Assembly (NCBI GenBank): GCA_043820925.1
Contig: JBDRDL010000067.1
Location: 1-21,531, forward strand
From: Methanobacteriota archaeon
GTDB taxonomy: Archaea; Hydrothermarchaeota; Hydrothermarchaeia; Hydrothermarchaeales; JACRDW01
DNA: 21,531 nt
Reading direction: 5' to 3'
Under the pieces are notes generated by a model that worked only from the letters and a program-made list of their open reading frames with translations, was not told the origin of the DNA and did not search any database. How positions within the stretch are numbered: position 1 is the first letter of the stretch; every line of letters begins with the position of its first letter. Positions 8,596 through 16,242 of this stretch are shown here, piece by piece. Made by a program: the position numbers and the translations under genes.

Positions 8596-10799
8596 TGCTT
8601 TTCATACCTCGAAGCAATAACCTTTCTGATTTCTTCTGCGATTTTTCTGCCTATGCCTTTAACTTTCTCGAGCTCTTCTGTGCTGGCGTTAAATATATTC
8701 TGCACAGATTTGAATTCCTCGAGCAGTCTCTTCGCTATCGTTATATTTACCTTCGGCAGACCTGCGACTATGTACTCCTGCTGCTCCTCCAGGCTCAGCA
8801 CCCTCCTCTCACCTCTAATCTGCGCCTCGCCTTCCCTCTCCTCGTGCTCCCTCCTTACAATCGAGGCAATCATTGCTGCGGTTTCCCTTTCATCCTTTGT
8901 GAAAAGAATTGGAACTCCAAAATCTACTGCTATCGCTGCAAGCGCTCCTCGAATCGCATTTGGATGAATATCTCTCTTTGAGTACAGGCCCTCGCCCTCG
9001 AGTATTAAAATTGGCTTTTGAAAATTCTGCCTCAGCCTCAAAACCTGCTCGAGCAGGCGCTTGTCGACTATGCTCTGGAGGAAATCCTCAGCAGTTTTTC
9101 TTTCCACGCAAACTCTGTCGCTCAGAATATAATCCCCGACCTCGAGCTTCTGCGGCTTGGAAATTATCCCGAATTCAAGCAGTTCTCTAGCAACGGCAGC
9201 GGAGAGCTCTCTTGAATCGACTATGATGTTGTAGCTTTTCTCAAAGAAATCCTGTATTTGCCTTTGCTCAAGCTCTATTTTCGGCTTGTAATATTTGTTT
9301 TTCAGACCCTCGAGAATGATGCGCATTCTCTTTTCCTTGTGGAAGCCGCTCCAGTAAAACCACTCATCCCTGGTTTTCTTGGTCATTAGGACAATTACCC
9401 TGCCTGCCCTGCTCCTTCCTGTCCTGCCCCTCCTCTGGATGCTGCGAATCTCGCTCGGTATAGGCTCGTAGAAAATCACCAAGTCTACTTTCGGAATGTC
9501 GAGACCTTCTTCCCCGACAGAAGTTGCTACTAAAACATTGTACTCGCCACCTCGAAATTTTTCAAGTATTTCGAGCTGCTGCTTCTGCGTTAAACCTTTA
9601 TCCTCCTCCTTCGAAGCCTGACCGACGAATCTTATCGGCTTGATACCGTTTATATCCGCAAGCCTTTCAACAATCTTCTGCGCAGAATCTCTGTACTGCG
9701 AGAAAACTATCATTTGCTTTCCTTTTTCTCTTGCAACGATTTCAGCAAGAACGTCCAGCTTCGGGTGGTGCATTTGCTGCGAGAGATTTTCAGTAAGCCG
9801 CACAGCACGCATAAATTTTACATCGCTGAGCAAGTTTTTTATCGCCTTCGATGAACCCTTCTGCACTCTCTCGAAGTACTTTGTGAGCGTGGTCAAGCCC
9901 TGAGTTTCAAGCAGCTCCAGGGCATGGGCTATGTTTATGCAGGCTGCAACCTGCGAGATAGCAATGTAAACCTCAGGGGATGCTTGTTGCTTTGCGAGTT
10001 CTTCCTGCAGCTTTCCTCGCAGGATGAGCAGCTCTTTTTTCGGAATATTTATATTCGAGGAGCGAATCGCTCCGAGCTTTTTTAAATTATCCAGCCTTTC
10101 TTTGAGAGCACCCTCGAGCAGCAGCTTTATTTTTTCAAAATCCTCAGGAAGCTCAACGCTCAGCCACTCTATTTCTATGCCTTTTATGTAGGGCTTCACG
10201 TCCGGGTCTCGCTCTGTTCTAACTTCGATGTTCTCAATGAACAGCTTCTCGCAGACCTCGTCTATTTTTTCCTTCTCGCCTCCTGGAGAGGCGGTTAGTC
10301 CCAGAATTAAAGGCTGCAAAGCAGCTTCTCGATACTTCTTGGCGATGAATGAGTAGGGGTAATCGCCGGTACAGCGGTGCGCTTCGTCAAATATAACAAG
10401 CGATACATCAGCCAAGGAGTACCTGTCCGAGATTAAGTCGTTATCAATCACCTGCGGAGTTGCGCAGACTATTTTGGATTTTCTCCAGAGCTCATCCCTC
10501 TCTTCCGGCGGGGTGTAGCCTGTGAAAACGTTGACCTCGCTCTCATCCACTTTCAAAAATTTTTTGAAGCTCGCTGCATGCTGGCTGACCAGCGGTCGAG
10601 TCGTGGAAATCATGAGTATCTTGCTTTCAGGAAATTTCGCCAGCCTGTGCGCAGCCAGCAAAATCGCTATAACAGTCTTTCCGAGAGCAGTCGGCGCAAC
10701 AACGAGAGTGTTGCCCTTGGTAGCGTTGCCTACGATAACTTCCTGATAAAGCCTCGACTCTATCGCGTTCTCTTTTACTAATGAATGTGCTACGAACAT
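8592..10799 (-). CDS. hef: Hef: DEAH helicase / ERCC4(XPF) nuclease (FANCM homolog)
   Basis: APTALGKT, FDEAHR, TASP, QRRGRTGR, ERCC4 VDSRE..GDY..ERK and two HhH motifs. The true start is probably the ATG at 10799 (MFVAHSLVKENAIESRLYQ), not 10961. Confidence 0.96.
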   Translation of the reverse strand: MFVAHSLVKENAIESRLYQEVIVGNATKGNTLVVAPTALGKTVIAILLAAHRLAKFPESKILMISTTRPLVSQHAASFKKFLKVDESEVNVFTGYTPPEERDELWRKSKIVCATPQVIDNDLISDRYSLADVSLVIFDEAHRCTGDYPYSFIAKKYREAALQPLILGLTASPGGEKEKIDEVCEKLFIENIEVRTERDPDVKPYIKGIEIEWLSVELPEDFEKIKLLLEGALKERLDNLKKLGAIRSSNINIPKKELLILRGKLQEELAKQQASPEVYIAISQVAACINIAHALELLETQGLTTLTKYFERVQKGSSKAIKNLLSDVKFMRAVRLTENLSQQMHHPKLDVLAEIVAREKGKQMIVFSQYRDSAQKIVERLADINGIKPIRFVGQASKEEDKGLTQKQQLEILEKFRGGEYNVLVATSVGEEGLDIPKVDLVIFYEPIPSEIRSIQRRGRTGRSRAGRVIVLMTKKTRDEWFYWSGFHKEKRMRIILEGLKNKYYKPKIELEQRQIQDFFEKSYNIIVDSRELSAAVARELLEFGIISKPQKLEVGDYILSDRVCVERKTAEDFLQSIVDKRLLEQVLRLRQNFQKPILILEGEGLYSKRDIHPNAIRGALAAIAVDFGVPILFTKDERETAAMIASIVRREHEEREGEAQIRGERRVLSLEEQQEYIVAGLPKVNITIAKRLLEEFKSVQNIFNASTEELEKVKGIGRKIAEEIRKVIASRYEKH

Positions 10800-11076
10800 G
10801 TAATTCAATAGATTCAAAGATATTAAACTATTTTTCGCAGCATGCTTTAAATTTACGAGGCTCTGCCCTAAAACTATAGAAGAAAACCTTCCAGAAGCCC
10901 TGAATTCTGTAGAGGCTGGAGTGGTATTTCGTCTGGCTGAGTAGCCTCTGCTATGGGGCATCCTCTAAGTTGCATAAGACTTGGGAGGAGGTCGAGGACA
11001 TGGTCCGGCAGCTCTGCAATGTCACGGATAAGTATTATATAGCTGGCGAGAGGATTTATAGGGCTTGACATCATTT

Positions 11077-11712
11077 TCACTTCTCCATCGATACGATTAT
11101 TCCATCATCGAGAAAAGTCGTACCACCGAAAATACCATAGCTAGCCAATCGAGCTTTAAATTCGACGATAGATTCCTTCGAGAGTTCCATTGCCTTGTTC
11201 CGTTGATCTTGTCTGAGAGTTACTTTTGCGTCTGGTACTACTCTCTGCCAATATTCGCATATAAGATCCATTTTTAAATCGTTAGAAACATCGTAAACCA
11301 TGCATTCCCATTGGACGTATTTGCCTTTGAGGAGCTCTTTTCGTACTTCTGTGAGTAGATTGAATTCATCATAGGTTAAGTTCACGAATTCCTTTTTTGG
11401 TGTAGTTTTTGAAATTGGCACAACGGCCGGCATGGTCGGCGATTCAGTCGGACCCATACTCAATCCTAGAATCATGCCAAATCCTATTACGAGCAGAATC
11501 AAGAATCCTCCGAATTTCAACCGGCTCGTAAGAACGATTTTAAGCTTCTTCTCCAAAAATTCGCCAAAGGGCGGAAGAATAAGTAGAGCACCGAGAATGG
11601 TTAATAATCCGCTAACTGTAGATATAGTCATACCTCCGAGTCCTACAAAAATAAAAAAGGCCCCGAGTAGCCAACCGAGCACATAGCGGATTCCTATTTT
11701 TCTAATAGGCAT
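11077..11712 (-). CDS. Membrane protein (3 N-terminal TMs, Pro/Thr linker, probable OB-fold C-terminal domain)
   Basis: GGAGG RBS before the ATG at 11712. Three hydrophobic segments, a PTESPTMPAVVP linker, then a KGKYVQWECMVYDVS...VEFKARL...LDDGII beta-rich domain. Confidence 0.75.
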   Translation of the reverse strand: MPIRKIGIRYVLGWLLGAFFIFVGLGGMTISTVSGLLTILGALLILPPFGEFLEKKLKIVLTSRLKFGGFLILLVIGFGMILGLSMGPTESPTMPAVVPISKTTPKKEFVNLTYDEFNLLTEVRKELLKGKYVQWECMVYDVSNDLKMDLICEYWQRVVPDAKVTLRQDQRNKAMELSKESIVEFKARLASYGIFGGTTFLDDGIIVSMEK

Positions 11713-11948
11713 GGCTTCTCCCTCCACAATTCCATCCTAACAGCTTCTACTGGCATGCAAACAGTAATATCTTTAATGCTCTCTATAGGTATTCTTTTTG
11801 ATACATCCAAAATTTCTATGGAAATAACTTTACCGTCTTTTGTGTAATCTATTATTATACCTTCTGCTATTTCTTTGCTTATATTATATTTTCCTTTCTG
11901 AAACTTTATATTCATTGCATCCGCTTTTGGATCATAGGTTATTCTCAT
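11694..11948 (-). CDS. DUF2283 family protein (putative antitoxin)
   Basis: MRITYDPKADAMNIKF...EIAEGIIIDYTKDGKVISIEILDVSK signature. ATGA-coupled to the upstream DUF4258 gene. Confidence 0.9.
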   Translation of the reverse strand: MRITYDPKADAMNIKFQKGKYNISKEIAEGIIIDYTKDGKVISIEILDVSKRIPIESIKDITVCMPVEAVRMELWREKPCLLEK

Positions 11949-12187
11949 TTTTCCGCCTCATATCTCTCTGGTTGAGTATAATATGCAGTTATTACAATAT
12001 AACTATTTTTCTTTTTTGTATATATAATTTTTAGGAGTCTATCTTTTATAAGCTTATGTGCGATCTTTCTTCCAAGCACGCTGTCCAAAACTGCATCAGG
12101 GCTCTTAAGAGATTTTTCAATTATTGTTTTTGAAATCTTCCTCTCTGCTATTTTTTCTTCAGCATGATTTGTATAAACAATGTTCAT
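11945..12187 (-). CDS. DUF4258 family protein (RelE-like putative toxin)
   Basis: IVYTNHAEEKIAERKIS...L..PD...LLKIIY...IVITAY signature. Confidence 0.88.
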   Translation of the reverse strand: MNIVYTNHAEEKIAERKISKTIIEKSLKSPDAVLDSVLGRKIAHKLIKDRLLKIIYTKKKNSYIVITAYYTQPERYEAEK

Positions 12188-12259
12188 AAGAATTTAGTAG
12201 TTATATGTAAATATAAATGTAGGCGCAGGCGTGAAACAATACTTCTCCGTATCAGATAA

Positions 12260-13780
12260 TCAATATCCAAAAATAGTGTACTCGGGTATTCTCTTCAGGA
12301 GCATTCCTTCCAGAATCACGGGCTGTATTTGCTCAGCCAGCTTTAAGGCTTGTTCCAATTTGTACTCGGAATCTGAGAATATTTCGAGAAGCACGCTGTC
12401 TTTTTCAACTTTTTCCCCCTTGCTTACGTGCAGCAATATTCCGGCTCCTTTGTCCTTCGGAGAACCTGCGGTTCTTGCGATTTGCACGATTGCAGTGTTT
12501 ACAATGTGCGTAACATAGCCTCCCCCTGCTGAGAAGATTTTCTCGCTGTATTTGCCAACCTGCACATTCTCTGAGGTAACCTTCGGGTTGCCTCCCTGCG
12601 CAGCGATTATCTCTCTCATTTTCGCAAGCGCCTTTCCAGAATTTAAAATTTCTAAAGCTTCCTGCTTTCCTCTGCCTTTCCTTGCCACTCCTCCAGCCTC
12701 CAGAATAATGCCTGCTATCTCTGTGGATTTCTCAACCAAGCTGCTCGGACCTTCTCCCTCAAGCGCCTTCAGAGCTTCCTGGGCTTCTAGGGCGGGACCG
12801 ACCGCCCTTCCTATGGGTTTATCACCGTAAGTTATGGCACATTCCACGCTTATTCCTATTCTTTCTCCGAGCTCGACGAAATCTCTGGCAAATCTCTTAG
12901 CCTCTTCCATAGTTGCAACTTTCGTGCCCTCGCCCATCGGAAGGTCTATTACCACGAAATTCGCCCCAACTGCATACTTCTTAGCCATGACACTTGCGAT
13001 AGCAAGCGGGTCTATACCCAGGGGGTATTCAACTCCAATTAATATGTCATCAGCAGGAGCTAAATTAACGCCTCCGCCCCAGGCAATTATGCCGTTAGTC
13101 TTGTTTACAATTTCCTCGATTTCAGAGGCATTGAACGTTACAGGCGCAAGGACCTCCATAATGTCAGCTGTACCGCAGGCGCTGGTTATTGCACGTGAGG
13201 AAGTCTTTGGTATAATGAGTCCTGCAGCAGCTACTATAGGTACAACGAGCAAAGTAATTTTATTCCCGGGCACGCCTCCTATGCTGTGCTTGTCGAATAT
13301 CGGTTTCTTCTTTAGTTTTAGCATCTCTCCATTTTCTGCCATTTTTTTTGTAAGGAATACAGTTTCGTCCATGCTCATTTTATTTATGTACAGCGCAGAC
13401 ACAAAGGCAGTTAGCTCGATTTCGCTCAAATTATTTGCAAGCGTGTCTTTTATTATTGCCTCATATTCGCTCTCGCTTAGGGCGATGCCCTTCATTTTTT
13501 TCCTTATATATTCTATAGATTTTGGTTTCTCTGCAGGCGTTAGAGAAATCGCATAGCCATCTTTTAATTTGCAGGCTTTCTTAACTTCTCTATTAACCCC
13601 TATCTCGCCTCTGCCAACAAAGGTTTTCGTAGTATTAACTATAGCCACCACTCCCCTGTGCTTTGCGAATAAATTCACCCTGTCGTTCGGATGCAGACCT
13701 AAATCTTTTGCATCCTTGTCGTTGAGAATTACCTCAAGGCGACCTTCTGCGACGTCTAAACTCTTCGCTTTAAATTTCAT
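12260..13780 (-). CDS. AMP phosphorylase (nucleoside monophosphate phosphorylase, thymidine phosphorylase family)
   Basis: N-terminal extension typical of AMP phosphorylases, DKHSIGGVPGNK, PKTSSRAITS, GGVNLAPADD and ARTAGSPKDKGAG motifs; 506 aa. Confidence 0.95.
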   Translation of the reverse strand: MKFKAKSLDVAEGRLEVILNDKDAKDLGLHPNDRVNLFAKHRGVVAIVNTTKTFVGRGEIGVNREVKKACKLKDGYAISLTPAEKPKSIEYIRKKMKGIALSESEYEAIIKDTLANNLSEIELTAFVSALYINKMSMDETVFLTKKMAENGEMLKLKKKPIFDKHSIGGVPGNKITLLVVPIVAAAGLIIPKTSSRAITSACGTADIMEVLAPVTFNASEIEEIVNKTNGIIAWGGGVNLAPADDILIGVEYPLGIDPLAIASVMAKKYAVGANFVVIDLPMGEGTKVATMEEAKRFARDFVELGERIGISVECAITYGDKPIGRAVGPALEAQEALKALEGEGPSSLVEKSTEIAGIILEAGGVARKGRGKQEALEILNSGKALAKMREIIAAQGGNPKVTSENVQVGKYSEKIFSAGGGYVTHIVNTAIVQIARTAGSPKDKGAGILLHVSKGEKVEKDSVLLEIFSDSEYKLEQALKLAEQIQPVILEGMLLKRIPEYTIFGY

Positions 13781-13804
13781 GGCATATACTTTGGCGTTGT
13801 ACTA

Positions 13805-14737
13805 TTAATAATTTTGGAAGAAGTACTCCATGCTGCGCTGCATCTTGCCCAGCCTTCTCTGCCTCGAAACAACGAACTCCTGGAATTTTTCCAAGCTCTC
13901 GAATTTGAGGTTCTCGATTGCCTGAAAGTTCCAGTCAGTCGCAACTATGCTTGCAACGCTATTGGCAATATTCGCAGATTTTAATGCATCTTTTGTTTTC
14001 AAATAGCTTGAGATAAATGAGCCTGCGAATGCATCGCCGCAGCCCGTTAAATCCACGATTTTCGGCTGATAAACCGAAGGGAAGAAGGTAATCTCTCCTC
14101 TTTCGATTACTATGCTCCCATACACTCCCATGGTAACGATAATCAGCTTGTGCTTCATTCTCTTCAGAACATTCAAGGAATGTTCCAGGCTTCTTGTCTC
14201 TGTGAGACGCATCGCTTCCTCGTCGTTAATCGTAAAGACATCAACCTCGCTGATTAGCTCGGCAATTTCTTTTTTGTATTTGAGAAAGTAGCCAATGTGC
14301 GTGTTCAGCGATACCAATGCGCTGCTATTTTTTCTCAAGAATTCCAGAAATATCTTCTGCTTGCTCGCTGCAGTCGGAGCAAGGTGGAAAGCCTTTGCGT
14401 GCAGATAATTCCTCGGTATATCTTCAGGTCTTATGTGGATGCCTACGTTCAGCTCATATGAGTTGTATTTCGCAGCACCGTCTTTGTCGTACTTGATAAA
14501 AAAAGAGGTGCTCTTTCCTAAAACTTTTTTTAATCCAAAGGTATCTATACCAGCCTTTCTCAATAGCGAGTAAAATTCGGTTGGAAAATCTCTACCAACT
14601 CTCGAAACGATTCCGGTGTTCGAAAAAATTTTAGCCGCCATCGCAGAGTAAACCGCAGCGCCGCCGAGCTGAATATTTCCCGTGCTTCCAGTCTTTATTC
14701 TATCCAAGCTTGCGTGACCTACGGTAACAACGTCCAT
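13805..14737 (-). CDS. PfkB/ribokinase-family kinase, probably a nucleoside kinase, with C-terminal PIP box
   Basis: GHASLD, GGAA, NDEEA, VTMG and DLTGCGDAF (anion hole) motifs. Co-oriented directly upstream of AMP phosphorylase. Confidence 0.9.
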   Translation of the reverse strand: MDVVTVGHASLDRIKTGSTGNIQLGGAAVYSAMAAKIFSNTGIVSRVGRDFPTEFYSLLRKAGIDTFGLKKVLGKSTSFFIKYDKDGAAKYNSYELNVGIHIRPEDIPRNYLHAKAFHLAPTAASKQKIFLEFLRKNSSALVSLNTHIGYFLKYKKEIAELISEVDVFTINDEEAMRLTETRSLEHSLNVLKRMKHKLIIVTMGVYGSIVIERGEITFFPSVYQPKIVDLTGCGDAFAGSFISSYLKTKDALKSANIANSVASIVATDWNFQAIENLKFESLEKFQEFVVSRQRRLGKMQRSMEYFFQNY

Positions 14738-14784
14738 GCGATAACTTTAAAGCAATTGAGGTAAATATTTTACTATACGAAAAA

Positions 14785-15168
14785 ATGCAATTTAGAATCT
14801 CTTCCATCGGCGTAATAAAATCCCCATACAAGAAAAGAGAGGATGCGCCAAAGCAGGGCATAGACAGCAAAGAGATTTCGACCATCGTTTTGTACGATCA
14901 AAGGATTTTGGAAAGAATAAAAAATTGTGAATATCTGCTGGTTTTGTACTGGATGCATCTCTCTGACAGGAAAGTTCTCTGGTCAGAGTCTAAGGGGAGA
15001 GGGGTATTTGCTACTCGCAGTCCCGAAAGACCCAACCCAATCGCCATCTCCGTCGTAAAAGTTGTTGGAATAAAAGGCAGTGAAATTAAGGTTAAGTATT
15101 TAGATGCCGTCGACGGCACACCGGTTGTGGATTTGAGGTCTCATTTATTATATCCACAAGTCCAATAG
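14785..15168 (+). CDS. tsaA: TrmO/TsaA-like tRNA t6A37 N6-methyltransferase (single-domain archaeal form)
   Basis: IGVIKSPY...APKQG, VLYWMH, GVFATRSPERPNPI and LDAVDGTPVVD motifs. Confidence 0.88.
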   Translation: MQFRISSIGVIKSPYKKREDAPKQGIDSKEISTIVLYDQRILERIKNCEYLLVLYWMHLSDRKVLWSESKGRGVFATRSPERPNPIAISVVKVVGIKGSEIKVKYLDAVDGTPVVDLRSHLLYPQVQ

Positions 15169-16168
15169 GTCCTGCCATCATGGCATCGCCGAGCGGAATT
15201 GAAAATTCTACTTCAAGCTTTGAATTTTTTAGCAGCTCTCTGTTAGGTCCAGTTACCATGATTTTTTTCACATTCTTCATTCCAACTTTCTTGCGTATGC
15301 AGCAGCCGTGCCCGCCGCCGCTAAAAACCTCTTTGTCAGTCAGCTCTCCCTCCGCAAATCTTATGAGCAGATTTTCAAGTCTTTTTCTAGTAAGCATGTG
15401 AGTGTGGTGCTCAAATATTCCAGAAAGCTTACCCGCTTTCTCCACAAGTGCAGCCATGGTATGCCCGTTTCCTGTGTCTATGCAGATGGCAGGTCTCTCC
15501 TTAACACCGTGCAGAGCTCCTGCAATCGCAGCGATTTTCGTATCTGCTACTACAATTTTGCCCTTGTAGAATTTTCGAGCTGTTCGAAGCGCCGCATTCA
15601 TTCTCGTAAAATATTTCGGCGGTGAAGTATATGCAAGAGAGCTCAATCTGTCATCCCTCTCCAGAGCTTCTCTGAATTTTTCAAATCTAAATATACGATC
15701 AGATATTTCCCTGCCCTGAACGTGTCCATGGTCCTGCACAGCAATTGCGATGCAGTCGAAACTAAAACTCTCCCCGGCTGCCGAAAAAACTCTTTCGAGA
15801 ATTTGAAAATCTATGTCTCTGGTTTCTATGCGCTCGTAGTTATACTTGTCGATTTCGCTGTCAGAAATAATTTCAACGCCCATCTCCTCAACCTGCTCCA
15901 AGTTATCCCTTATGCTTCTTGCAGAATTCTCGGTCATCACAATTTTGTATCCTCTCTCGATGTGTTTAGCTATCGCAAGCGCAAGCGGACCGCCGCCCAT
16001 AGTTTCTCCATAGAAAAGCAGGTTTTTCTTTGAGCTCAGAATTCTCCTTGCAAGAACCCTCGTCATTGCAGGTAAAACTAGCTTGATGCTGTTTTCAGGT
16101 GCTACCGAATCGTCGTAAAGCAGCACGTCCTGCGTCCCCACGCCCACGTCAATTGCCAGAATGCGCAT
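15092..16168 (-). CDS. DUF1786 family protein (ASKHA/actin-like ATPase fold)
   Basis: MRILAIDVGVGTQD, ETMGGGP, AVQDHG, SDRIFRF, TRM, GNGHT, FEHHT, GGHG and TGPNR motifs. Confidence 0.9.
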   Translation of the reverse strand: MRILAIDVGVGTQDVLLYDDSVAPENSIKLVLPAMTRVLARRILSSKKNLLFYGETMGGGPLALAIAKHIERGYKIVMTENSARSIRDNLEQVEEMGVEIISDSEIDKYNYERIETRDIDFQILERVFSAAGESFSFDCIAIAVQDHGHVQGREISDRIFRFEKFREALERDDRLSSLAYTSPPKYFTRMNAALRTARKFYKGKIVVADTKIAAIAGALHGVKERPAICIDTGNGHTMAALVEKAGKLSGIFEHHTHMLTRKRLENLLIRFAEGELTDKEVFSGGGHGCCIRKKVGMKNVKKIMVTGPNRELLKNSKLEVEFSIPLGDAMMAGPIGLVDIINETSNPQPVCRRRHLNT

Positions 16169-16242
16169 GGCTGTTAATTAGCTATTGTTGCATAAAAGCA
16201 TAATCGTAAGATTTATTGGCTGGCAGCGCTAACTGAAAGTTG

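Noticed and set aside
10800..10961. 54-aa N-terminal extension of Hef in the ORF track
   Set aside because: Hef homology begins at MFVAHSLVK (10799). The extension spans AT-rich promoter-like DNA, with TTTAATA about 25 nt upstream of 10799.
10860..11070. SRP RNA, RNase P RNA, tRNA or C/D box sRNA
   Set aside because: No SRP helix-8 motif, RNase P conserved regions, cloverleaf with T-loop, or RUGAUGA box was found.
8072..12229. Composite transposon carrying hef bounded by the inverted CCTGCGCCT copies
   Set aside because: The repeat is only 9 bp, there is no transposase or target-site duplication, and hef is a core gene.
12834..13556. 240-aa plus-strand ORF and the other antisense ORFs (for example 18690-19205, 16890-17270, 8595-8981, 21134-21451)
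   Set aside because: They lie antisense to well-supported genes, have S/I/F/P-rich mirror composition and show no RBS or motifs.
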